A stretch of DNA of 64,000 nt from an uncultured Pseudomonadota bacterium. GTDB lineage: Bacteria > Oederibacteriota > Muellerivitia > Muellerivitales > Muellerivitaceae. The stretch is from NCBI GenBank assembly GCA_963836235.1, contig CAWIIP010000002.1, positions 1,280,001 to 1,344,000 of the forward strand, given 5' to 3'. How positions within the stretch are numbered: position 1 is the stretch's first letter; each line of letters opens with the position of its first letter. Below, in pieces: positions 31,948 to 40,389 of this stretch. The notes below the pieces were generated by a model, which saw only the letters and a list, made by a program, of their open reading frames with translations, had not been told where the DNA came from and did not search any database. The position numbers and the translations under genes were made by a program.

Positions 31948-32568
31948 CTAGTCTTTCCTTTGGACATAGGCCAACAGCAAACCTGAAAGGCGGTCGGCGT
32001 TCGCGAGCGAAAGTTTGACCAGGTTTTGAAAATAATTGTAGGTGGCCACGCAAGGAATGGCGATGAGGAGTCCGACAGCAGTCGCCACCAGCGCCTCGGA
32101 CACGCCCCGCATGACCACGGTCGGCCCGGAGGTGCCGGCCAAAGCCAGATCGTTGAAGGCCTTGATGATGCCCAAGACGGTTCCGAACAAGCCGATGAAA
32201 GGAGCGTTACTGCCGAGGGTGCCCAGCACCAGCAGGTTTTTCTCCATCACCATTTTTTCATGAATTCTTTGGCTTTCCAGGATTTGCCCCAGGGCGGCCG
32301 GCCCCGCCAAAAGATTGGCCAAGCCTACCTTCAGGATGGCACCCGCCGGGGAGTCCGTATTCTCCACGAGTTTTTGGACTTCCTTGATATTTCCCTTCGA
32401 AAGCAGGTCGGGAACCTTCTCTTCTAATAATTCCGTATCCTTGACTTTCTTTTTAAAGAGGAAAAACCGGTCCCAAATGACCGCGATACTCCAGACGGAC
32501 AGCCCTAACAGAAGGTAAAGAATCCATTCGCCCCCTAAAAGAGCGAATGCCTTGATGGCTTGAAGCAT
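31948..32568 (-). CDS. exbB: MotA/TolQ/ExbB proton channel
   Basis: APFIGLFGTVLGII and EALVATAVGL. Confidence 0.92.
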   Translation of the reverse strand: MLQAIKAFALLGGEWILYLLLGLSVWSIAVIWDRFFLFKKKVKDTELLEEKVPDLLSKGNIKEVQKLVENTDSPAGAILKVGLANLLAGPAALGQILESQRIHEKMVMEKNLLVLGTLGSNAPFIGLFGTVLGIIKAFNDLALAGTSGPTVVMRGVSEALVATAVGLLIAIPCVATYNYFQNLVKLSLANADRLSGLLLAYVQRKD

Positions 32569-32683
32569 GGACTTTCTCCTATCCGATTTTGTTCAAAGCC
32601 AAAAGGCTTTTTTCGATATCCGTCTTTAGACGTTGCTTCCCAGGCGACCCAGCCTCCCGCAATCAATCCCATTCGCTTTAATT

Positions 32684-35600
32684 CTACTTTGCCCTTGCGG
32701 CCTTGGGTTTTCCGTTCGGCCCGGACTTCGGCTTGGGCTTGTCGTCATCCAAGCGGAAAAGGCCCCTGGTCCAAAGCCTGAAGTCGTCCATGTAGCCATA
32801 AACCGAGGGGACAACGATCAGCGTCAAGAAGAGCGAACTGATCAGTCCCCCGATGACCGCAACCCCCATGGACTGGCGGAATTTGCCCACTTCCGTCAGG
32901 GCCAGGGCCACCGGCATCATCCCCATGATGAGGGCCATGGTGGTCATGAGGATGGGACGCAGACGGATGACCCCCGCCTTCTTGATAGCCTCGTCCCGGG
33001 GCAACCCGGTACCTTCCATGCGCACCACGTAATCCACCAGCAGGATGGCGTTTTTCGTCACCAGCCCCATGAGCATGATGAGGGAGATCATGGTGAAAAT
33101 ATTCAGGCTCTGGCCCGACACCAGCAAGGCCACAAAGGCGCCCACGATGGCCAGGGGGATGGAGATCATGATGGAAAAGGGAATGATAGGCGAATCGTAA
33201 AGGCTGGTCAGGATCATATAGGTGAAAAGCAGGGCCAAAACCATGGCCACCAGCATGCTGATGGAGAGGTCCTGCAGATCCTTGCCCTGTCCCACGAAAC
33301 TATAAGTAACGCCCGGCGGAAGGGTTTCTTTCGCTAGGATGACCTTGGCCTGGTTGATGATGGTGCCCAAAGCCCCCTTAGCGCCCAACTGCCCGGTGAT
33401 TTCGATATAGCGCTGGCGGTTGAGGCGGTTGATCTTGGAGGGCCCTTCGGTGGTGACCGGTTGGGCGATATCCAGGAGCCTCACCATGCGGTTGTTGGTG
33501 TTGGGCACGTAAACGTCGTTGAAATCCTTCTGGAGGTTGCGCTGGTCTTCCTGCATGCGCACACGGATGTCATATTCCAACCCGTTCTCCCGGAACTTGG
33601 CGGGAACCGTCCCCTCGATCTGGGTGCGAAGCTCGTCACCCGCCTGGATGCCGAGGACGCCCAACTGGCGGCATTTGGCTGGATCCAGGACCGCTTGGAA
33701 TTCTTCCTTCCCCCCGTCGTAATTGGTTTCAACGTCTTCCAGTCCGGGAATGGCCTTGATTTTCTCTTTGATGCTGTAGACCACGGGTTCCAGCACTTTA
33801 TAGTCGATTCCCACGATGTCGAGGCTGAAGGGAGCCTGGTTGCCCAAGGCGTCCCGGTCCCCGACTGAAGGCTGCATTAACTGCCGGTAGGGTTCCAATT
33901 GCTTCCGGATGGCCACCTTCAAATCGGCGGCCGTCAGTTTGCGAAGGCGGTAATTGATCAACTTGGCGTAAATCAGGGCCACATTCTCGTTGCCTTGGGT
34001 ATCCCCTACGACTTCGGAAGTGACATCGACCTCCGAATGGGCCCGGACGATCGCGGCGATCTTCATGGCCCATTCCCTGGTAGTGTCCAGGGCCATGTCG
34101 GGCGGGCCCTTTAAGGTCACTTGGAATTCCGGATTGTCCGCGTTGGGCACGAAGGTGAAAGGAATGAACTTGCCCAGGAACAGGCTGCCCAAAAAGATAA
34201 CGAAAGCCGTCAGGACGACCCAGAGGCGGTGGTGGATGCTCCATCCGATGACCTTCTCGTAGCCCTTCTCCATCCTGGTTTGGAGGTCATCGAACCATTG
34301 GAAAAAGGCCAGCTTATGTTCGGCTTTTCCTCGCTTCCCCGCCCAATAGGCCGAAAGCATGGGACCCATGGTGAGGGCCTCGAAGAGCGAGATGACCATG
34401 GCAAAACAGACCGTCATCCCGAATTGCTTGAAGAACTGGCCCACCGTACCTTTCAAAAAGGCGATGGGAAGAAAAACGGCGATGATGACGCCGGTGGTGG
34501 CCACGACCGCCAAGGCCACTTCCATGGTGCCCTCAACGGCGGCCTTCTTCGGCTCCTCCCCCTCCTCCATGTGCCGCCAGATGTTTTCCCGAACCACGAT
34601 AGCGTCGTCGATCAAGAGCCCCACCGCCAGGGAAAGGGCCAGGATGGTCATGAAATTCAGGGTAAAGCCCATCCAGTTCATCAGGATGAAGGCTCCCAAA
34701 AGCGAAGTGGGAAGCGCGGTGATGGTGATCAAGGTAGAGCGGAAGCTCCCCAGGAAAAGCAACACGACCAGGACGGTCAGCACGATGCCCATTAAGATGG
34801 TTTGCTTGACGTCATCCAGGTTCAAGCGGATGCCCCAGGCATCCTCCCGCACCATGGAAAGTTGGGCGCCCCCCGGCCGGGTTTTCAATAGTTCGTTCAA
34901 GGAACCGATGGCGTCCTTGACCTCATCCACCACCGCTACCGTGTTGGCCTTGGTTTGCTTGTGCAGCTGCAAGAACAAGGAAGGCTCGCCCTTGAAAGAG
35001 CTGTAATTTTGGGCGTCCTCGACGGTGTCGACCACTGTCCCCACCTTATCCACGGTAATCGGAACGTCCGAGCCAACGAAACTGATGACCGTGTGCCTCA
35101 GTCGGTCCAAGTCGTTGTACTCTCCCACGGAGCGGAAGAGGATGTTGTTGCCGTTCACCTCGAATTTGCCCACGGGAATGTTCTGGCCGTTCAAGCCGAT
35201 GTTATCGGCCACCGAGCTGGCGCTGAGGTGGTAGGCGTTGAGCTTATTCCGGTCCAGCTCCACCCTTATCTCACGTTTGGAACTTCCAAAAATGTCCACC
35301 ACGCCGACCCCGTTCAATTGGGCCAGTTGGGGTTTGATGAATTGGTCGGCCAGGTCGTAGGCCTGGGGGGAAGTGAGGGAGGATTTCAGCGCCAGGATCA
35401 TGATGGGCTGGTCCGAGGGATCCAGCCGTTGGATGACGGGCTCCTCCACGTCCTTGGGCAGTTGGGGGCGCACCAGCGACAGGCGGTCCCTGACCCTTTG
35501 CTCCGCTTCCTTGCTGTCCGTTTCCAGGGTGAACTGGACGGTCACCACCGAATATCCCTCTTGGTTGGTGGAATTGATTTGTTTGACGCCCTGGAGGGTG

Positions 35601-35815
35601 GAAAACTGTTCTTCCATGGGCTTGGAAATTTGCGTCTCGATTTCTTCCGGCGCCGCCCCCTTATAGTTGGTGGTGACCGAAACCACGGGGAAGCTGACGT
35701 CGGGAAATAGGTCAATGCCCAGGGACCGATAGGCCATCACCCCCAGGATCATGATGAGGATGGCCACACAGGTGATGAAGGCGGGGCGGTCTATGGCGAG
35801 TTTAGGTAGGTTCAC
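32684..35815 (-). CDS. RND permease (AcrB/MdtC family)
   Basis: GLLIDDAIVVRENI, TKNAILLVD and RLRPILMTT. Confidence 0.95.
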   Translation of the reverse strand: MNLPKLAIDRPAFITCVAILIMILGVMAYRSLGIDLFPDVSFPVVSVTTNYKGAAPEEIETQISKPMEEQFSTLQGVKQINSTNQEGYSVVTVQFTLETDSKEAEQRVRDRLSLVRPQLPKDVEEPVIQRLDPSDQPIMILALKSSLTSPQAYDLADQFIKPQLAQLNGVGVVDIFGSSKREIRVELDRNKLNAYHLSASSVADNIGLNGQNIPVGKFEVNGNNILFRSVGEYNDLDRLRHTVISFVGSDVPITVDKVGTVVDTVEDAQNYSSFKGEPSLFLQLHKQTKANTVAVVDEVKDAIGSLNELLKTRPGGAQLSMVREDAWGIRLNLDDVKQTILMGIVLTVLVVLLFLGSFRSTLITITALPTSLLGAFILMNWMGFTLNFMTILALSLAVGLLIDDAIVVRENIWRHMEEGEEPKKAAVEGTMEVALAVVATTGVIIAVFLPIAFLKGTVGQFFKQFGMTVCFAMVISLFEALTMGPMLSAYWAGKRGKAEHKLAFFQWFDDLQTRMEKGYEKVIGWSIHHRLWVVLTAFVIFLGSLFLGKFIPFTFVPNADNPEFQVTLKGPPDMALDTTREWAMKIAAIVRAHSEVDVTSEVVGDTQGNENVALIYAKLINYRLRKLTAADLKVAIRKQLEPYRQLMQPSVGDRDALGNQAPFSLDIVGIDYKVLEPVVYSIKEKIKAIPGLEDVETNYDGGKEEFQAVLDPAKCRQLGVLGIQAGDELRTQIEGTVPAKFRENGLEYDIRVRMQEDQRNLQKDFNDVYVPNTNNRMVRLLDIAQPVTTEGPSKINRLNRQRYIEITGQLGAKGALGTIINQAKVILAKETLPPGVTYSFVGQGKDLQDLSISMLVAMVLALLFTYMILTSLYDSPIIPFSIMISIPLAIVGAFVALLVSGQSLNIFTMISLIMLMGLVTKNAILLVDYVVRMEGTGLPRDEAIKKAGVIRLRPILMTTMALIMGMMPVALALTEVGKFRQSMGVAVIGGLISSLFLTLIVVPSVYGYMDDFRLWTRGLFRLDDDKPKPKSGPNGKPKAARAK

Positions 35816-37278
35816 TTGGATTCTCCTTTTTCATCCGCAAGCCACCATTGGGCCTGGGCCAACAGGTTCAGTTTTTCCGCGATGACCGCCAAGCGGCTCA
35901 GGCGCGCCGCGTTATAGTCGTTCTCAAAGGATAAAAGCTGGAACTCGGTGGTGCGGCCGAACTCCAGCCGCTTGCGTTCCTGGTCCGCCTTGTTCTTTTG
36001 GATTTCCTCGATTTCGGTGGTCATGGCGAGGCGCTTGTCCACGTCGGCCATGCGGTTGCGCCAGTCCTGCCAGTCCTGGCCGACCTCCAACTGCTTGTCC
36101 TTCAAACTGAGAACCGCGCTTTCGTAGGTCCGCTTATAGCCCTCGGCTACCCGGGAGGCGGTAAAGACATCCAGGGGCAGGTTGAACTCGGCGCCGATGT
36201 TCCAGGTGGGATAATTGAAGGCCCAAGCCGTCTGGTCGGCGGGCTCGAAGGTCGGGTCCAGGCCGTTGCCCCGCCAGGAAGCGTTGAGGGTGATATCGGG
36301 ATAAATATTTTGGGCGGCCTCGTCGTAAGCAGCCTTTTGGCTGTCCGCCGTCTTTTGCGTGGCTTTCAAGTCCAATCGGTCGGGTAAAGTGGCGGGGATT
36401 TCCACTTTCAAACCGGCAAGGGAATCGTCCAGGCTTTCCAACTGTTCGGGTACATCGCCCTCTTGGGTTCCCCGATAGCGGTTGAATTGGAGTTGGGCGG
36501 ACATTTCACTTTCGGTGGACTGTTCCAAATCCAATCCGGCCAAGCGAACCGAGGCCTCCGCCTGCAGGGCGTCGGGCGGGTCGGCCAGGTTGCGGGCCAC
36601 CCGCCTTTTGGTCCAGTCCCAGATCTGCTGGCTGCGGTCCAGGGTGTCCTGGAAGATTTGGATCTGGGTCCGGGCCAGGGCCAGGTTCCAATAGGCCACC
36701 TTGGCGTTATAAAGGGCCTGGGCGTTTTGATAGGCGGCGTTGTTGGCCGACGATTCAAACTGGTATCGGATTTGGTGGACGCCCGCGCTGGTCTGGGCGC
36801 CTCCGAAATCCTTGAAGAGGGGCATCGAAAGTGAGATCACCGGCGCGATTTGGTAATAAGAACTCAAAGGCAAGCTCCCATTAAAAAAGGCTTCGGTCTG
36901 GGGCGAGAAATAAAAAGAGGGCAAGGTTAAATTGGTGTTCGTAAAGGCATAGCCGATGGAAAGGGAGGGTCCGAAGGGCAGTTTGTCCGTGATCGAAACT
37001 CCCGCCGTGTCCGTCAGGGTGTGGGGATTGACGAAAGGGTTGGAGGGTTGTTCCAGGTCGTCCAGGTGGTTGTAACCCGCCACCAACTGGGGCGAATAGG
37101 TCAGGTCTTGTTGATGGGACTGTTTCTCATAGCCTTCCACAGCCGCATGGGAGGATTGGTATCCCGGGCCTTTAGTTTCGACCTGTCCCAGGTAATCCTC
37201 CAGCAACAGTTTTTGCTGGGCGAAAGCCGCTCCCGCCGCCAGCCACAACGCCATTCCCAGACCGAATCGCTTTCCCAT
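35812..37278 (-). CDS. TolC-family outer membrane factor
   Basis: Signal peptide, AYWNL, long helical repeats and GRTTEFQL. Overlaps the RND gene start. Confidence 0.85.
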   Translation of the reverse strand: MGKRFGLGMALWLAAGAAFAQQKLLLEDYLGQVETKGPGYQSSHAAVEGYEKQSHQQDLTYSPQLVAGYNHLDDLEQPSNPFVNPHTLTDTAGVSITDKLPFGPSLSIGYAFTNTNLTLPSFYFSPQTEAFFNGSLPLSSYYQIAPVISLSMPLFKDFGGAQTSAGVHQIRYQFESSANNAAYQNAQALYNAKVAYWNLALARTQIQIFQDTLDRSQQIWDWTKRRVARNLADPPDALQAEASVRLAGLDLEQSTESEMSAQLQFNRYRGTQEGDVPEQLESLDDSLAGLKVEIPATLPDRLDLKATQKTADSQKAAYDEAAQNIYPDITLNASWRGNGLDPTFEPADQTAWAFNYPTWNIGAEFNLPLDVFTASRVAEGYKRTYESAVLSLKDKQLEVGQDWQDWRNRMADVDKRLAMTTEIEEIQKNKADQERKRLEFGRTTEFQLLSFENDYNAARLSRLAVIAEKLNLLAQAQWWLADEKGESK

Positions 37279-37385
37279 GTTTCTTAATCCACCTTGTTCA
37301 ATTTAAAAACCGAAAAACATGCCACATCACTTCCAGTCAATATAAAACCGGGCAAGGCCTTTTGCTTTTCAGCCTTGTTTCGGTT

Positions 37386-37402
37386 TGTAACCAAATGTAA
37401 CC
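37386..37402. promoter_or_regulatory. Direct repeat, candidate regulator site upstream of tolC
   Basis: TGTAACC-aaa-TGTAACC with a 10-bp period. Confidence 0.45.
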
Positions 37403-37433
37403 GACCCTCAAGCCAAGGGCTGGAACCTTAGGA

Positions 37434-37886
37434 TTATTTTCCTTTGTACTTGGCTTTCATCTTTTCGCCCCAAGTTTTCCAATCCTGTAGGGTCCAATTG
37501 GCATAATCGGGTTCGGACCAATCAGCAGCGGATTCATCGCCGCCGTCCGCCCAATCCCTCCAATCCTTTTCAGTCCAGTTTTTCCGCTCCATGCCCCAGC
37601 GGATCCAGTCGTCGATCTGGCCCGGCCCGCCGCCCCCCACTTCCCGGGGCATGACCAGCCCGAGAACCGCCGAGGCTGCGGCCACCGTGCCACCGATTAG
37701 GAGGCCCGCCAGCACGAAAATCACCAAAAGCGTCGTATTCATTCCCTGGCCGTGCGCCAGCACAATCCAGGAAAACCCCAAGGCCAGGACCACTCCCCCG
37801 ATGATTCCCGTCACCGCGATAAAGTTTCCTTCCCCAAACGAAACGTTGGCGTGGATCTTTTGCGTGTTCTTTAATTCCTCATTCAT
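37434..37886 (-). CDS. Two-TM protein with Trp-rich tail, coupled to the ECF gene
   Basis: Overlaps the ECF stop. Two hydrophobic segments, then NWTxxDWxxW twice. Confidence 0.65.
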   Translation of the reverse strand: MNEELKNTQKIHANVSFGEGNFIAVTGIIGGVVLALGFSWIVLAHGQGMNTTLLVIFVLAGLLIGGTVAAASAVLGLVMPREVGGGGPGQIDDWIRWGMERKNWTEKDWRDWADGGDESAADWSEPDYANWTLQDWKTWGEKMKAKYKGK

Positions 37887-38430
37887 CTTTCGCTCCTCTT
37901 GTACCGGGGCGGCCTTTCGGCTTTTCCGGTGGATGGCGATGGGCTCCCAGGGCGGCCCTCAAGGCCCCCAGGGCATAACGGCAACGGCTGCCCGCCGTGT
38001 TCAAGGAAATCTCCAAAGCCTCGCCGATTTCCTTAAAGGACAGTCCCATGTAATATTTCATCCTCAGGACCGCCTTCTGAGCATCCGGTAGTTTCTCCAC
38101 GGCCCTTTCCAGGACTTTGGAATCCACCGGTGGAAGAAAAATTTCTTCTGCCTCTTCCATACCCGCCGACTCGGCCATCTCCAGCGGGAGATGGTGCTTA
38201 TGCCTTGCCCTTCGCTTGAGCGCGTTCAGCCAAACCGCCCGGGCCGTATAGGCTCCCGGGGTCTCGACCTTCAAACTTTCACGGCGTTCCCAAAGGAGGG
38301 CCAGAGTTTCCTGGACCACATCTTCCGCTTCCTCGCGGTTTCCCAGGACGCGGCGCGCCAATCGCACCCACATTGCCCGGTTTTCCGCGGCGAAAGCCTG
38401 GAAATCCTCCCCTTGTTGAAAGTCGTTCAT
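37879..38430 (-). CDS. ECF sigma-70 factor
   Basis: AEDVVQE region 2 and LPDAQKAVL..GLSFKEIGEALEISLNT region 4. Confidence 0.9.
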   Translation of the reverse strand: MNDFQQGEDFQAFAAENRAMWVRLARRVLGNREEAEDVVQETLALLWERRESLKVETPGAYTARAVWLNALKRRARHKHHLPLEMAESAGMEEAEEIFLPPVDSKVLERAVEKLPDAQKAVLRMKYYMGLSFKEIGEALEISLNTAGSRCRYALGALRAALGAHRHPPEKPKGRPGTRGAKDE

Positions 38431-38454
38431 GGCCTGGCCTCAAACCTCGCTCAC

Positions 38455-38492
38455 TTGGATAGACCCGCCCCAGGCCCCTTTTGTCTATCCAA
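38455..38492. promoter_or_regulatory. Inverted repeat containing GTCTA -10-like boxes upstream of the ECF gene
   Basis: TTGGATAGAC-N18-GTCTATCCAA. Confidence 0.55.
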
Positions 38493-38549
38493 AATGGAAT
38501 TTTCCCTTCCGACGCTTCCGGCCCGCCCGCCGGTCCATCGGCAAAATTT

Positions 38550-39161
38550 TTACGCGCTCATGAACTGGTTCGCGTAAACCCGGGCCAAAAGCCGTATGTA
38601 AGACTCGTCGTCTCCGATAATGTCGGAAAGCCCGCCCACCATCTTCACCTGCCAGGTGTAATGGGACAGCGCTCCCACGAATTGGAAATAGGTCCGCCTA
38701 ATCTCGGTCTCGCTCAACTTTCCCTTCACGAAGGGCGCCAGGATGTCCCGGGCCACGGTCGTGAGGGATTCCTTGATGAAGCCCAGGTAGAATTTTTTCA
38801 CTCCCGGATTGGTCATGGCCTCGTTCACGAGGATCTTGAGAAATTCCAGGTTCTCGGGACGACCCATTCTTTCCAAGTGGTTGTGAGCGATGGCATAAAA
38901 GACTTGCTCCAGGTTTTGGGCGTGGGTTAGTTCCCCCTTGAGGGATTCCATTTCATCCTCGTGGCATCCCAAGATCGCCAACAGGATCGCTTCTTTACTT
39001 TTGAAATAATGATAGAGCGTCGCCTTGGTCACCTTGCAGGCCTTGGCGATCTGGGCCATGCTGGTTTCTTTGAAGCCCTGGTTGGCGATCAACCGCCGCG
39101 CGTGCGACAAAAGCCGCATGCGTTGGTCCGAATGTTTTTGTTCATTAAGAAGCTTGGCCAT
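38550..39161 (-). CDS. TetR/AcrR regulator
   Basis: GFKETSMAQIAKACKVTKATLYHYFKSKE helix-turn-helix. Confidence 0.93.
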   Translation of the reverse strand: MAKLLNEQKHSDQRMRLLSHARRLIANQGFKETSMAQIAKACKVTKATLYHYFKSKEAILLAILGCHEDEMESLKGELTHAQNLEQVFYAIAHNHLERMGRPENLEFLKILVNEAMTNPGVKKFYLGFIKESLTTVARDILAPFVKGKLSETEIRRTYFQFVGALSHYTWQVKMVGGLSDIIGDDESYIRLLARVYANQFMSA

Positions 39162-39170
39162 AGGGGCATA

Positions 39171-39199
39171 AACCTACCAACCGGTCGGTTGAATGTCAA
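39171..39199 (-). promoter_or_regulatory. Sigma70 promoter overlapped by a TetR-type operator
   Basis: TTGACA-N17-TAGGTT with the near-palindrome ACCGACCGGTTGGT in the spacer. The ATG lies about 10 nt after the -10 box. Confidence 0.7.
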
Positions 39200-39270
39200 C
39201 GGAGTGTTCAAAAATCTACTTTTAACTGGAAAATAGGAAAACAAAGGTCCGTTATTTCGAGTAAAAATCG

Positions 39271-39300
39271 TGAAACTTTTTTTCCTTATATTCCGTCTAA
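39271..39300 (+). promoter_or_regulatory. ECF-type promoter
   Basis: TGAAAC-N17-CGTCTAA upstream of 39374. Confidence 0.55.
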
Positions 39301-39373
39301 TTTTCATAAGGCAGCAAAATAAGCTTTTAAACCCATTAATTAACCCACTGACTAAACTTAAGGAGATTAAGAA

Positions 39374-39556
39374 ATGAAAAAAGTAATGACATTGGCTTTG
39401 GCCTTGTTCTTCGTGACGGCAACTTCCGGCTTGGTTTTGGCCCAAGGGACCACCACTGCCGCACCAGCGACTAAAACCATGAAGAAAGCCCATAAAAAGC
39501 ACCACACCAAGAAAAAGGGCTCTGCCGCTTCCGCGACAGCGGCTCCAGCCAAGTAA
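39374..39556 (+). CDS. Small secreted Lys/His-rich protein (Asr-like composition)
   Basis: AAGGAG RBS, signal peptide, KKAHKKHHTKKK and its own terminator. Confidence 0.75.
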   Translation: MKKVMTLALALFFVTATSGLVLAQGTTTAAPATKTMKKAHKKHHTKKKGSAASATAAPAK

Positions 39557-39598
39557 TCTTGGCCCAAAGTAGTGCTTCAAGGCTTTAAAAGTCGCAGT

Positions 39599-39632
39599 AA
39601 AGCGGTCCGGCCAAAATCGGACCGCTTTTTTA
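39599..39632 (+). terminator. Intrinsic terminator
   Basis: AAAGCGGTCCG..CGGACCGCTTTTTT. Confidence 0.85.
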
Positions 39633-39674
39633 TTTTCAAAACAACCCGAATTCCAAGTAAATTAGGGTGTCAAC

Positions 39675-39702
39675 GGAACTTTCTTAAAACCAGGACGTCT
39701 AT
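39675..39702 (+). promoter_or_regulatory. ECF (RpoE-like) promoter
   Basis: GGAACT-N16-GTCTAT upstream of 39737. Confidence 0.65.
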
Positions 39703-39736
39703 ATAGAAGAGTAAAAAGATTGAAGAGGAGGATTTT

Positions 39737-40123
39737 ATGAAGCGTTTCATTTCTTTCGCGGCTTTATTGTTGTTGAGTACAACCGGTTTGGCCTTGGCTC
39801 AAAACACGACACCTGTCGCCCAACCCGTCATGAAGTGGGACAATCCCCGCTTTACCGAAATTCATACCCGAATGAAAAATCAGAGGACTCGCATCGCGCA
39901 GGGACTGAAGAGTGGCAAACTCACCCAAGATGAGGCGAAAACCCTGCAAAACAAGATTGAAGCTGTTCGGGGACAAATGCGTAGCGATTTTCAACAAAAC
40001 AAGCAAAGCGGCCAAAAAGGGCTGACGGACCAACAATTCCAACAACTGAATCAAATGTTGGATGACAGCTCCCTGGCTATTTTCGGCGATAAACACGGAG
40101 ACGCAACCCCAGCCAACCCCTAA
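39737..40123 (+). CDS. Secreted helical protein (QxxRIxxGxxSGxLTxxE motif)
   Basis: GAGGAGG RBS, signal peptide and QRTRIAQGLKSGKLTQDEA. Confidence 0.8.
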   Translation: MKRFISFAALLLLSTTGLALAQNTTPVAQPVMKWDNPRFTEIHTRMKNQRTRIAQGLKSGKLTQDEAKTLQNKIEAVRGQMRSDFQQNKQSGQKGLTDQQFQQLNQMLDDSSLAIFGDKHGDATPANP

Positions 40124-40166
40124 AAAGGTCTTCACTACCTTTCACCGTTCTTTTCAAAATCATAAG

Positions 40167-40200
40167 AGCCGGACAGCGCCCCAAAGCTGACCGGCTTTTT
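40167..40200 (+). terminator. Intrinsic terminator
   Basis: AGCCGGACAGC..GCTGACCGGCTTTTT. Confidence 0.75.
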
Positions 40201-40313
40201 CATTACCGCTTTTAACTCCTTATTTCTTTCTAAAAAAACGCAAATCCGAGAGAGGAAATCTTTTTAGAATTAAAAAGCCCTTTAATCTCAAGGTTTTACG
40301 GGTTTCCGGGGCA

Positions 40314-40342
40314 TTGACACCCATGATTACTGGCGGTAAAAC
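40314..40342 (+). promoter_or_regulatory. Sigma70 promoter of the TPAT operon
   Basis: TTGACA-N17-TAAAAC. Confidence 0.65.
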
Positions 40343-40389
40343 AAAGCCCCTGTTTTAGGCAGAGGTCTCACGTCTCGCTGGAGGAAAAC

